A stretch of DNA of 64,000 nt from Octopus bimaculoides (GCF_001194135.2 NC_068988.1:20665475-20729474); one strand, 5' to 3'. Shown: positions 47,290-60,294, counted from the stretch's first letter. Made by a program: numbers and translations. Notes: generated by a model from the sequence alone, not told the origin.

Positions 47290-48675
47290 AGTTAAGATGG
47301 GTTACCGATGTGGGAAGAAAGGCCCATCATTGAACCATCTTGTGTTTATGGATGACCTGAAATTGTTTGGGAAATCTGAAATACAGATAGGTTCCTTAAC
47401 CAAAATAGTCCAGAAGTGTGGTAGGGACATCAGTTTGGAATTGGGGATTACCAAATTCTCAGTACTTAATATGAAAAGGGGGAAGAAAGCATCCTGTAGA
47501 GGATTGCGGTTACCATCAGGAGAGACCATGGGTGATACCCGATGGAAATGGGTATAGATATTTAGGGATTTTGGAGCTGGATGACAATCTACACAGAGAA
47601 ATGAAAGTCAAGGTCAGAGAGGCATATCAAAAAAGGGTGAAGATGGTGTTGAAATCCAACCTAAATGCCAAAACTTTGATTACTGCAATGAATATCTGGG
47701 CAGTTGCGGTGGTCAGATATAGTGTGTCCATCCTCAAATGGACTAAGGAGGAAATATCAACACTGGATAGAAGGACAAGAAAGTTGATGACACTGCATCG
47801 AGCGCTACACCCTAAAGCAAATGTAAACAGACTGTATATGAAAAGAAAGAATGGTGGCAGAGGACTAATTAGTATAGACCATTGTATAAGGAGTGAAAGG
47901 AGAATGCTTGTTGAGTATTTGATAAATAGTGATGAAGACCTGCTGCAATATGCTGCGAAAGATATGGGTGTAAATGCAGATGAAATGATGGGCAAGGAAG
48001 AGTTTAACCAAAGAGCTGAGGAGATGAGAAAAGAAGACCTTCTTGAAATGAGAATGCATGGACAGTCTGAAAGGAATACACAGGATGTGAAAGATAATAC
48101 AGCATCGTAGGCATGGCTTGAACGAGGTGATTTGAAGCCTATCACCGAAAGCCTGATCATTGCTGCACAAGACCAGGCTCTTGCTACCAATTCAGTGAAG
48201 TATAACATCTATAAAACTTCTGACACCCAGAAATGCAAACTCTGTGGAAAGAGTAGGGAAAATGTGACCCACTCGATAAGTGAAGGTGAAAGCCTTGCAC
48301 AAAAAGAATACCAACAGATGACAATGTTTCTCTAAAAGAAATGGAGAAACTTTCAAAATACAAAGACCTGGAAATAGAGGTAACTCGAATGTGGAGTCTA
48401 AAAACAGAAACAATTCCTATCACAGTAGGTGTATTAGGTGTGATAAAAAGATATTCAGATAAATACATAACAAAGACACCAGGACTAACAAGTATATATA
48501 ACACACAGAAAATAGCACTACTAGGCACCACACACATCCTATGTAAAACACTTTCAATATAGTAAAAACGAGAGCATCACAACAAACCACAGCACATACC
48601 CAAGGCACACAGAGCTGCGTTTGGTAGTGCAGTGAAAACGTGATAAAAATAAGACTACTGAAAAATAATAATAAT
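47290..48675 (+). mobile_element. 5'-truncated, frameshifted R4/Dong-type (restriction-like endonuclease) non-LTR retrotransposon
   Basis: LNHLVFMDDLKLF (RT YxDD), GYRYLGILE, RLYMKRKNGGRGL, MHGQ, ESLIIAAQDQAL, CKLCGKSRENVTH (Zn knuckle), then after an internal deletion EKLSKYKDLEIEV...LLGTTHILCKTLSI*. A short 3' UTR and (TAA)n tail follow. Confidence 0.88.
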
Positions 48676-48682
48676 AATGGTG

Positions 48683-48885
48683 TGAAACTTTGGCACAAGG
48701 CCAGCAATTTCAGGGGAAGGGTTAAGTTGATTACATCGACCCCAGTATTCAACTGGTATTTATTTTATTGACCCTGAAGGGATGAAAGACAAAGGTGACC
48801 CCGGCAGCATTTGAACTCAGAAAGTGAAGTCAGAAGAAATTTCGCAAAGCATTTTCTCCAGCACATTAACAATTCCACAAGCTCA
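48683..48885 (-). mobile_element. SINE family D, tail-to-tail with the R4/Dong element
   Basis: Reverse complement of the family D head, core and tail; shares the (AAT)n tract at about 48663-48677. Confidence 0.7.
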
Positions 48886-51015
48886 CCACTTTCACAACAA
48901 CAACAGCTAAATTTAGAAGTTTAGTCAAGATGAAGAAATAACTGCTATCCCACTAAATTATTGGAGTTCCCATCACAAAATACGAAACAGTAGACAACGG
49001 GACCCTAGCTGCCTTTTAACATAAGTTTCAACAAGTAGCAGGAAGCCCCAGGCTGAAATCTAATTTCAGGCTACCACCATCACTACAAGAATAACAACGA
49101 CAACAACATCAACATCATTACTGACACATGTTAATTATGACTTTCCAAGGGAATGACACATTACATTACAAAGCCTAATAATGTGATCCTCTCCCCAACA
49201 CATACATGCATGTACTTAATCTTAATGAGCCTTTGTTTAGATAAACAAAGTTTCATCATGATTAGCAACATTATTGAAGTCATAAAATAGTTACAGAAGC
49301 AACAGTAACAACAGCAGCAGTTGCAGCAGCAGTCACAGCTTAAATCTAGAGCACACAACAACATCACAAAGTAATTTTCTAATGATGTCCATTGTCGGGG
49401 TAGCATCGATGTTGGTATTTTACTCTTTTTTTTTTTTTTAAATAAATCCCTTAAACAGATTTAAATTCTGTTTAATATGTCGCATAATCTTANNNNNNNN
49501 NNNNNNNNNNNNNNNNNNNNNNNNNNNNNNNNNNNNNNNNNNNNNNNNNNNNNNNNNNNNNNNNNNNNNNNNNNNNNNNNNNNNNNNNNNNNNNNNNNNN
49601 NNNNNNNNNNNNNNNNNNNNNNNNNNNNNNNNNNNNNNNNNNNNNNNNNNNNNNNNNNNNNNNNNNNNNNNNNNNNNNNNNNNNNNNNNNNNNNNNNNNN
49701 NNNNNNNNNNNNNNNNNNNNNNNNNNNNNNNNNNNNNNNNNNNNNNNAGTAGAGTAAAAGAATGACTGAAGGAGAACCGCTACATGTAATCTGTTAGATC
49801 TGGAAAGGAAGTTATTTCTTAGATGTACTTCTTAATAAAGGTTAGGTTGGGGTGAACTTAGAGAGGAGGGGATCTTGCTATTAAATGATGAATTCGACTC
49901 GTAGTCTCTCAGGAATACAAAAAGTTTAGTCCGTTAAATTGAGGTTAGCTTTTCTTCTTCTTTTTTTTTTTCTTTTTTTTTTCTTTTTTTTTATAAATGG
50001 TTAATTGGAATAATGCTTGGGTGGGACTGGTGGGGTACATTGGATAGGAATTAAAACAAAATCCATCATGGAATCAACCTTTGTGATATAAAGAAAAGAA
50101 TAGAAAGGAAGAAAGAGTTGTCAGAAAGAGGAAGTTTAACAGAGAAAGTGGAACACAGTTTAATGAAGAGTTTTATTTTTGAGAGTGTGTGGGGGTGACA
50201 AAACAGGCAAGGTTCTTGTGGGAACCAGCTACTCAGGGATTCTGTGATCTAGGAAGAGGGCCTTAATATAATTTGACCAATTAGATGGTTTTATAAGGTC
50301 TCCAAGCTAATAGCTTTGTTGCTGTTTAAGAGAAAATAGGGGGAGGTGATTCTTTAAATAGCAAACAGTGATAGTGAAGGGTTGAGGTGGGGCGGGGGTC
50401 AGATCAAGGAAACGGATAGTGAAAGAAGGAAATCTAGTTTGATGTGAAGTTTGAAAAGTTGCATTCCGGTGCATTGTGGGAATGCAGAGAAAGGAATGAG
50501 AAGAGCTCAATGAGGCAATAATCAGTAGAGTAAAGAACAGTGGTCATCAGATACAAAAAACAGGGATCATTTTTGATGTACTGGTCAGAAGAAAGAGCAG
50601 TAGCTGTCAAGATTGAGTGAAGTGATTGCTATCAGAAGTGCAGTGGTAAAGAGAACAAATTCTTCTCATTGTTTGGTATGATGTTTACAGAGAGAGACAG
50701 TAAATGTCTTAAGAAACCGTCAATGAATATTAATAACAGAATGAATTAAAGATGAGATAGAGATGGGATTAGGGAAATATAACTGCTGAAAATTATTTTA
50801 GGATCAGTTATAAGGGATTTTGAACAAAATGCAGTGATGAAATAAAGAAATATCAGAATAACTTGTGATGAGATTACTTAAGTGGATTATCTTAGGGATT
50901 AGGAGAAAAAGAAATTTGGTGATTAATACATCATGTAAATATATAATATGAGTGGACCATTTGTATGTAGAATATGGATATTAGTTGAGTCAAGCTGAAG
51001 ACAAGCTTGAATATA

Positions 51016-51068
<53 letters not shown>

Positions 51069-51071
<3 letters not shown>

Positions 51072-51232
51072 ACGGGCTTCTTTCAGTTTCCTTCTACCAA
51101 ATCCACTCACAAGGCTATGGTCAGCCCAAGGCTATAGTAGAAGATACTTGCCCAAGGTGGCATGCAGCGGGACTGAACCCGGAACCATGTGGTTGGTAAG
51201 CAAGCTACTTACCACACAACCACTCCTACGCC
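51069..51232 (-). mobile_element. SINE family A, head half
   Basis: Head and core only, flanked by (TA)n on both sides. Confidence 0.75.
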
Positions 51233-51930
51233 TATACTTATATATATATATATATATATATATATNNNNNNNNNNNNNNNNNNNNNNNNNNNNNNNNNNN
51301 NNNNNNNNNNNNNNNNNNNNNNNNNNNNNNNNNNNNNNNNNNNNNNNNNNNNNNNNNNNNNNNNNNNNNNNNNNNNNNNNNNNNNNNNNNNNNNNNNNNN
51401 NNNNNNNNNNNNNNNNNNNNNNNNNNNNNNNNNNNNNNNNNNNNNNNNNNNNNNNNNNNNNNNNNNNNNNNNNNNNNNNNNNNNNNNACTTCCATAAACA
51501 CCCTCTTTGTTTTTCAACATTGATTTTTCTAAAGAAAGCTGAGTCGGATTTTCTTTTTCCTTTTTTTTTTTAATACAAATTTAGATATTTGTATATGAAA
51601 GTGATTCGCATATCCCTTAGAACTAAGCCAGCCATTCATCTTGTAATGAAATTAGTTGACTTGTTTTATCCTACAGCTTCTAAGAGTACAATGTGTGAAG
51701 GAAACTTGAAGCTAACAAAAGCATACATCAGTTATCTAGTTGCTGCTTACAGTGATCAACTATGCTTTTCGAATGGCACTTATTCACACTGATGTAGGTT
51801 AGGGCAGTGAGAATTTACTGTATTGCAAGGAACACATACATATATAATGATAAAGACACACATATACACACCCACATACCTAGCCTTCCGAAATGTCCAC
51901 ATTGATAGTTAAACACAGGAAAATTGCTCG

Positions 51931-52150
51931 TTAACCCTTCAATATATACACAAGCTATACACAGCCCAAATATTCCAATGTTGTTATGTTCAAGCTAGCC
52001 AGATCTGGCCTATCACACCTACTCTACAATATCATCCTAAGAATAAACAATCGTTGAAACCTTGAAGCAATGAGATAAAGCATGGTTCGTTCAAAACAAT
52101 ATGAATAAATAAGCATGACACCTGACAGTAACAAAAATGCTAAAGGTTCA
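51931..52150. mobile_element. piggyBac-like MITE, diverged copy
   Basis: TTAACCCTTCA...CTAAAGGTTCA termini; interior aligns with 17712-17940. Confidence 0.55.
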
Positions 52151-52701
52151 AAGTCATGCATGTGTTTGTTTCCTATAAATCTGAAGGTGGTTCTCTTTTT
52201 CTCTTTTTTTCTCTTTTTACTTGTTTCAGTCATTTGACTGCGGTCATGCTGGAGCACCGCCTTTATAGTCGAGCAAATCGACCCCAGGACTTTTTCTTTG
52301 TAAGCCTAGTACTTATTCTATCGGTCTCTTCTTGCCGAACCGCTAAGTTACAGGGACGTAAATACACCAGCATCAGTTGTCAAGCGATGGTGGGGGGACA
52401 AACACAGACACACAAACACACACACACACACACATATATATATTTTTTTTTTTCTCNNNNNNNNNNNNNNNNNNNNNNNNNNNNNNNNNNNNNNNNNNNN
52501 NNNNNNNNNNNNNNNNNNNNNNNNNNNNNNNNNNNNNNNNNNNNNNNNNNNNNNNNNNNNNNNNNNNNNNNNNNNNNNNNNNNNNNNNNNNNNNNNNNNN
52601 NNNNNNNNNNNNNNNNNNNNNNNNNNNNNNNNNNNNNNNNNNNNNNNNNNNNNNNNNNNNNNNNNNNNNNNNNNNNNNNNNNNNNNNNNNNNNNNNNNNN
52701 N

Positions 52702-52832
52702 CCGTATTCTTTCTGTTGAAGAGCGTAGCTCGAAATGTCAAAGACTTTCCGTATTCCCGAGCGTCATACTAATATATCCTTTTGTTATTTACACCACCTG
52801 TCCTCGTCTGTTGTTATTATTTGTATATTCTC

Positions 52833-52835
<3 letters not shown>
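52702..52835 (+). mobile_element. Putative Penelope-like element terminal repeat fragment nested in a family A SINE
   Basis: Contains the CTG.TGAA-stem-GAAA.GTC signature typical of Penelope-like terminal repeats. It lies between the two halves of SINE copy 52211-53029, next to its (TA)n. The left side is lost in the N gap at 52457-52701. Confidence 0.5.
52708..52744 (+). ncRNA. Minimal type I hammerhead-ribozyme-like motif (degenerate core)
   Basis: TCTTT / CTGTTGAA / GAGC-GTA-GCTC / GAAA-T-GTC / AAAGA gives stem I TCTTT:AAAGA, stem II GAGC:GCTC and a GUC cleavage triplet. Deviations from consensus are A6 to U and C15.2 to U. Confidence 0.5.
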
Positions 52836-52866
<31 letters not shown>

Positions 52867-53821
52867 GACAGGCTTCTTTTCAGTTTCCGTCTACCAAATC
52901 CACTCACAAGGTTTTGGTCGGCCCGAGGCTATAGTAGAAGACACTTGCCCAAGGTGCCACACAGTGGGACTGAACCCGGAACCATGTGGTTGGCAAGCAA
53001 GCTACTTACCACACAGCCACTCCTGCGCCTTTAACTTTGAGAGTAAATGTAGCACCTCTCTTGGACTCCTGACTATTACATCATGTCACAATTCAAAGGT
53101 TAAGCTTTTGCAATCCAAGAGCAAGAACAAGCTAAAAATACAAAATAAATATAAAAGACAGTGAAGCTTTCAAATCCTCAAGATATGACAAGTTTTCACA
53201 ATTCTGCAGAAGATATTGTTGCCAAAACAGTAGACTAATACCATCCATAAGTAAGACTACCTGGGAATAAATATAGAAAATACTTCTGATGTTAAATGCA
53301 TACACCCATACACACACACACCAATGTAATTGATGGAACACTCCCATCAAAACTTCTGCCAAGTGCAAATATATCTGATATGAATATAGGGCAGAAAACA
53401 CAAAAATAAGCAAGTTATATAGGTCACTTTGCTTCACAGATTTACACATTTTTCCCCGCCAAAATCTGTAGGGAAGAGAATATTTATGGACGACTGCTGA
53501 AAGCTATAGTTTTGCTATCCATAACATAAATTCACATTTATAGCTATAATTGTTGGTGTGCTTGTTTGTCTAAGTGGCAATCTCAAAGAATTGAAGGGTC
53601 ATTGGCAAAGAAACTGACCAGTTAGCAGACACTTGGCAAATTCAATCTATAAGCAGAACAGAAAAAATATGCAAAACTTTTCTGAAGTTCAACATGTAAC
53701 TAAACCATTGTTTTTATCCAAATTTTAATGGCAGAGATTTTCTTTCTTAGAAATCAGCTCCTTTATTAAGAATTCAAGTAATTAAAGGAAAAAAAGAATG
53801 GCAACATATGTACATTCATTC

Positions 53822-54230
53822 ATATTGTTGCTATTATGTTAAACTATCGTATGTCCAAATTTGGTCAAATCCGTTTTTGTTTTTTTTTATATTTAATTTA
53901 GCTTGCAATAGCCGGTTCTTTTGATCAAACTATCGTATCTCCAGCTGCTCCAGATGCCAAGATATGAAAATTGTTCAAAGTGTAGTACAACAGTTTAGCA
54001 TTTTTCCAAAGTGTAGTTAGTCCCACAAACGACAATTTTGCAAAAATATTTGTGACTAAAAATATCATACATGCATGAAGTTACAATTTTTTGCACCCAA
54101 CAAAGTATTATTGTTAAACTGAAACTGTTGCTAATAATATAAAATGAAATGGAATCGTGAAACTATTTTTCCGTTTTCTGAAAAAGCAATGTTCCGGACT
54201 TCTGACACTTTTGCATAATAGCAACGATAT
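53822..54230. mobile_element. MITE-like element with 17-bp TIRs, superfamily unassigned
   Basis: ATATTGTTGCTATTATG (53822-53838) versus CATAATAGCAACGATAT (54214-54230), 16 of 17 complementary, with an AT-rich non-coding interior. Confidence 0.5.
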
Positions 54231-54545
54231 CATCATCATCATCATCATCATTTAACGTCCGCTTTCCATGCTAGCATGGGTTGGACGATTTGACTGGGAA
54301 CTGGTGAACCAGATGGCTACACCAGACTCCAATCTGATTTGGTAGAGTTTCTACAGCTGGATGCCCTTCCTAACGCCAACCACTCCAAGAGTGTAGTGAG
54401 TGCTTTTTACGTGCCACTGGCACGAGGTCCAGTCTGGCGATACTGGCAACGGCCACGCTCAAAATGGTGTATTTTACGTGCCACCTGCACAGGAGTCAGT
54501 CCAATGTTTTGTTCACATGCCACCGGTACAATTGCCAGTAAGGCG
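54231..54545 (-). mobile_element. Retroposon family C
   Basis: Reverse-complement family C; its (CAT)n tail abuts the right TIR of the 53822-54230 MITE. Confidence 0.8.
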
Positions 54546-55890
54546 AAGCTGGAAACGATGGTGCAAAAATGGTGCTTACACACATATACAAGAAGAAACT
54601 TGTATATGTAATCAGTGCTATTAAGGGCTGCATTATATCAGAATCTAGCTTAAAAGATGCCCTGCAGACTTTTAAGCTTGCTCCTGCAGAGGGCTAATTG
54701 GGACTGCAGTCTAAAACTAAAGAGAGCTAAATAACATGACTATAATATGTCTATAATGACTATATGCCCTGATCAGAAGTTAAGGATGGATGAGAATTAA
54801 TTCTGTAATTCAATCATTCTACTGTTCCAGTCCCAAGTTGAATTCCAACTGTTGGCCAATCTGTCTCAAAGTTTTTATCTCAACATAAAATTAATGAAGG
54901 GAATGTCATTTATCCTCCCCTTAATCTCTGATGTCATCTGACAAATGCCAACCAAGATGGTGTAAATCAACCAAGCTTTACCTGCTAGAAATAGCAACCC
55001 AAATGCTTTTAAATCAGATACCAATGCTGGCTGTTCAAGAACCAAATGAAGGGCAGATTTTCAATCCTGGGATCATCCTGATTCCAAAAAGGTATAATAT
55101 GTCTATGCAGAACAAATGTAGACTGAGATACAGGGGTCCTGGCCGGACAGACAGAATTTTGTGCTTATTAATATGGAAGATTTTTCAGCACTACAGACTA
55201 TCAAAAAATGTACTAATGTGCACTCTGCTCAATGAGACATCATACAGTTTTTCTTTTATTAGTGCCAAGGAACAGGTACATTGCCCATAGAACTTGCAGT
55301 TTTGTGAGATGACGACAGTCAAAGTGAGAAATTATAGACAAGGATTTAAAAGAAGATAGAGTAACAAAGCATTTAGTATGGAATATAGTTGTGAACAGGG
55401 GAATAATGTGAGGAAGAGGAGGAACAGAAAGAGTAGAGCAACCAAGTCGGATTGGATAAAGATAGTATACAGTTGGTAAGCTTTATACAGAAGTTGGAAC
55501 TAATGTAGCTTTGGGAGAATAGACAGGATGATGACACAGTACAATGGTAGGCCAATAATTGTGATTGAGACATGCTGATGAGGGAAGGCTTGTCTATCAA
55601 ATGGGTATGTATATTCTGGATGCGATTCACAGACGGAAGGGATTGTGTGTTGGGGGGGGGGACAGGCAGACAGGAGAGAGCAGCTGCTCCCTCCCAGATA
55701 TGATGTGAGCTGTAGTCTAAAGATGAGCTTAGTAAAAAGAGTCAGCACCTCATCATAGCTGAAATATTTTCTGATTCCTAAAAGAGGAAGAGTAGTCTTT
55801 GAGGTGCAGTTTTGGCAAGGGTATGGAATGGATATGTAGTCGCTTTGGGAGATTATCTGGGATTGCGAAGCCTGCCTATCATTTGATAGT

Positions 55891-55925
<35 letters not shown>

Positions 55926-57004
55926 GTGGAGGAGGAGCTTTAGTTGAGTAAGAAAAGAATAATGTTATTGATATGTTTCCTTGATATGCATCTTAGTGCC
56001 ATTAGATACAACTAGAGTGTCAAATTATCACGAGGGAAAAGGAGTTTAACGGTTTTTATTCACTGTACCATGGCAACGCTGTGTTGTCAATTTAATAATC
56101 ATCGTTGTTTAGGTTTAAGTCAGCTCTGATACAACAGACATATAATCAAAGACTTTCTGGTCATTTCCATCCCAGCATTTCAAACAGAATTTCTCTCTGA
56201 TTACATTAACCAATAGAGTTTTCCCATTTTCAACTTTTTTTTTTTCCTTTTTTTTTTTTTAAGATGGTAGGTTGTGGTTTTAAGATGCTTTATCTGCTAT
56301 TTTTAGCAGATCAAGTGACATTGAAGTGGATCTCTCTTAGTGGTCCCAAACAAGTAGATCATGAAAAATTTTCAAATGAGTAAAAAAAAAAAAAAAAATG
56401 GTAAAATAAACATCAGAGATTCTTTGCTCCATGCAGAAACTATAGGGGTTACCCAAAAGTTTTGCAAGCTCTTCTAAATTCATAATAATGTTGGAAACCT
56501 TATACCACCAACAGATATCTCAGCGCCACAAGCATTTTGACCCTTAGTCTGGACACTTCACCGGAGTGGGGCAGCAAGAACTTAATTAGTCTTCGTCTAC
56601 TGGAGAGTTGTCTTTGCAGTTTCTTATCAATCATAGCAACTTTCAACTGAGTGGGGGTGCTAAATGCCCTTATTTGAAAATATAAGGACACAGATCGTGT
56701 CATATAGCAAGCTGGAGATGATGTCTCCTGGGCCTAAATTAGAGCAACATTCGTCCTAAACCAGCACTGCCATATTATGGTGACAAATAATCTTTACTCT
56801 GAGATTAATTTGTTCAACTAAAACCCTTCAAGGCAGTACCTCAGCATGGCCATAGTCGAATGACTGAAACAAGTAAAAAAAAAACAAGGTATTTTGATTT
56901 GAGAAAACTCTTGATCAAAATACACGATCTATCGTTTTTAAGCTATAGTAGCCATGCTGCTCCCACCCCATCGCTGTTCTCTCACTACACACTTCTACAA
57001 TAGT

Positions 57005-57395
57005 TGTTGTTGTTGGCACTCCGTCACTTATGACGTCGAGGGTTCCAGTCGATCCGATCAACAGAACAGCCTGCTCGTGAAATTAACGTGCAAGTGGCTG
57101 AGCACTCCACAGACACGTGTACCCTTAACGTAGTTCTCGGGGAGATTCAGCGTGACACAGTGTGACAAGGCTGGCCCCTTTGAATTACAGGTACAACAGA
57201 AACAGGAAGAAAGAGTGAGAGAAAGTTGTGGTGAAAGAGTACAGCAGGGTTCGCCACCATCCCCTGCCGGAGCCTCGTGGGGCTTTCAGGTGTTTCCGCT
57301 CAATAAACACTCACAACCCCCGGTCTGGGAATCGAAACCGCGATCCTATGACCGCGAGTCCGCTGCCCTAACCACTGGGCCATTGCGCCTCCACG
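57005..57395 (-). mobile_element. SINE family B, full length, with TSD
   Basis: TSD CTACAATAGT (56995-57004 and 57396-57405). Confidence 0.9.
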
Positions 57396-59426
57396 CTACA
57401 ATAGTACAGACCCAGTAATATTCACTGCATTCACCTCATTCCACTCTTCCTTCCTTCCTATTTATCTATTGACCCAACTCTTTCCTGTCTACCCCCAGTT
57501 TTTCCAATAGTGAGTTTATCTATTTCTTTTGGTTTTCCTCCACAATTTTTTTCCAGTGTTGGCAGCTTATCTGACATGTTTCTTTATTCCCCCCACCCCT
57601 GTTTGCAGATCCCATCATCTATCAGCCTCTTCTACCAACCCTCTTCAGCCGCTCTCTCTCTCTCTCTCTCTCTCCCTCCTTCCCTTCTTATATCTTCCCC
57701 CACCCCTTCACCACCACATCGTTCTTTACCTGTCTAACTCTCCAGTCCATTTACTCTAAATATTTCACCAACTTCATCTAAACCTCACTCAGCCCCTGTC
57801 TGTCTGTTTGTCTGTCTGCCCACCCACCCCAACTCCCTCCCTCTCTCTCGTCCTCATTTTACTTACCTAAGATGTCAGTTATCACACAAATAACAACAAC
57901 AAAACTACTCCCTCACCACCAACACTCCCCAACACCAGCAATACTATTCCCCCTGCAAACTACCAATCGCAATACTACTATTAATACAACATCACTATGC
58001 ACATCAACAACATCCCCATCACCACTACCGACCCACCACCATCACCACCACCATCACCACCACCATCGCAGATAAAGTCACCCCCATAAACCATAACCAT
58101 AGAGTCAAACTTCACCCTCATGCACAAACTTCCTTCCTAAAACCTGAAGGAGACTAATCCTTCCCAAACCACCCCGACTTCCAACTAAATAAATAAATAC
58201 ATAAACAATAAATAAATANNNNNNNNNNNNNNNNNNNNNNNNNNCATCAACATCCTCATCATCATCACCACCACCATCACAGATAAAGTCACCCCCATAA
58301 ACCATAACCATAGAGTCAAACTTCACCCTCATGCACAAACTTCCTTCCTAAAACCTGAAGGAGACTAATCCTTCCCAAACCACCCCGACTTCCAACTAAA
58401 TAAATAAATACATAAACAATAAATAAATACATAAACAATAAATAAATAAATAAACACCTTTCTTGTGTAAATCAAGAATAAGGGCCGCTTACTCTCTTTA
58501 TTGGTAAAGAAGATTATGGAGTTGTGTGTTTTTTTTACCACTATTTTCCTCTACCTTTCCCAGCTTAACCCTTCTCTGGATAACATGCTCACCACCACGT
58601 ACCCAGTTACACATTGTATACAGCTAGCACACCTATCCTCAGTGTGTGTGTGCGAGTGTGTGTGTGTTTTTATTTCTTTACTTAAGTTAAGATTTCCATG
58701 AGTCATTAACAAAACATTTTCATCAAACTCAGTTAAAGAAAGGAAAAGAGAGATGTGGGGAGAGAGAGAGAGAAGGAGAAAGGAAGACAGGCAGACAGAG
58801 AAGGAGAAAGAGAGAGAGAGAGAGAGAGATAAGAGGAGAGATAAAGATATGATAAATATACAATGAGAGATAAAGACAGGGAGGAGAATGAGGGGAGGTG
58901 CATTTGCCTTTTCACTTGCATCCTCAATATTCCGTCTCTGATTCCAGAGTGAAATTGTAGGAGGTCTTCTGTTTGATAAGATTACCAGGAATCAATTCAG
59001 TAACAGAGCATCCAAGAGGGATGGATGTCAGCAATGAATTAAACACACACACACACACACCAGCAGCAGCAGCAGCATTCTTTGAGGTATTCAGGGAGCG
59101 TCTACATAAAAGTTAGAAATAACATCTTGGTTAATAGGACATTCAAATCAGCCTTGAGAAACAAAATCCCCGGTTTCGGAAGACTGTGATAACAAGTTCT
59201 AATCACCTAATGTATAATCCATAAGACAACGTATTCAACATGCAACGGGATGGTCACACTGAATAACCTAAAATGTCATTCTAACATTCAACAAGGCATG
59301 CAATTGAAATGGGTTAAGAAGGAGGGGGTGCTTGAATAGTAGAACAAGAGGGCAATGGTCTTCAAACTACCTGGTTCAATAGTTAAGAGTTCCATGTTCA
59401 AATATTACAAATATTTTAGATTTACA

Positions 59427-59931
59427 CTTGCGAAGACCTGTTGAGACAAGTGAAATCGAAATCGAGTTAAATTCGATGACTGGCACCCATGCCAACGTCG
59501 TCTCCTTCATTGGACACGAAACTCAGCTTGCGAAGACTTATTGGGGCAAGCGAAAGCAAAATCGTGATGGCACCTGTGCCCAGCGTTGCCTTCCTGGCAC
59601 TTGTGCCCGCGGCATGTGTAAGGACTTTCGAGCAAGATCGTTGCCAGTGCCCCTGGACTAGCTTTTGTGCGGGTGGCACATAAAATACACCACTTTGAGT
59701 GTGGCCGTTGCCAGTACCGCCTGACTGGCCTTCGTGCCAGTGGCACGTAAAAGCACCCACTACACTCTCGGAGTGGTTGGCGTTAGGAAGGGCATCCAGC
59801 TGTAGAAACCCTGCCAAATCAGATTGGAGCCTGGTGTAGCCATCTGGTTTCACCAGTACTCAGTCAAATCGTCCAACCCATGCTAGCATGGAAAGCGGAC
59901 GTTAAACGATGATGATGATGATGATGATGAC
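59427..59931 (+). mobile_element. Retroposon family C, longest copy in the window
   Basis: Extra 5' region with a 100-bp-spaced repeat (CTTGCGAAGAC at 59427 and 59527), hairpin modules, family C tail, (GAT)n. Confidence 0.8.
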
Positions 59932-60054
59932 TTATTAAGGATTGATTAATGTATATACGGAAGCATAGCAATATAGTGAAGAAGTTTCCTCTGTCACATC
60001 ACTCATGTGGCATCAGGGTGTTTCGATAATAGCCTTACATTGGTCAAAGCCTTC

Positions 60055-60294
60055 ATCCTCATTCATGTTTAATGTCCCCTTTTCCATGCTTGAATGCAGT
60101 AGATGGGTTTTATCGAAGTAGATTTTCTACGGCTGGATACCTTTCTTGTCGCCAACGATCACCTATTTCCAAGTACCCAAGCAAGGTGATATTTCTCCAC
60201 AAATAGACATGCCTTCATGGAAGATTGGAAATGAAGGACACTGCTTGTGTGACAGTGATACTCATAACTATCACATGCAATACGAAAGCAAGGA

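Larger units (their letters stand above)
52211..53029 (-). mobile_element. SINE family A interrupted in its central microsatellite
   Basis: Tail half at 52211-52445 and head half at 52865-53029, separated by an N gap and the Penelope-like fragment. Confidence 0.75.

Noticed and set aside
50000-50900. Purine-rich plus-strand block that might be a decayed LINE (an SDDHC motif on the minus strand resembles an APE SDH motif)
   Set aside because: A single weak motif with no sustained reading frame; clade cannot be assigned.
51007-51573. Recurrent short ORFs such as RRASFSFRLPNPLTRLWSARGYSRRHLPKVP and DGLLSVSVYQIHSQGFG
   Set aside because: They recur because they are translations of SINE family A, with variable stops and frameshifts between copies; not a gene family.
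55320-55895. Possible highly degenerate Penelope/GIY-YIG coding remnant on the minus strand
   Set aside because: Only scattered short resemblances across several frames with many stops, so I cannot support it by eye. A TBLASTX or HMM hit to Penelope RT/GIY-YIG would be needed.
58052-58429. 167-bp duplication with one mismatch (G58068/A58279) across an N gap
   Set aside because: Gap-flanking; most simply two haplotypes of one locus assembled in tandem.
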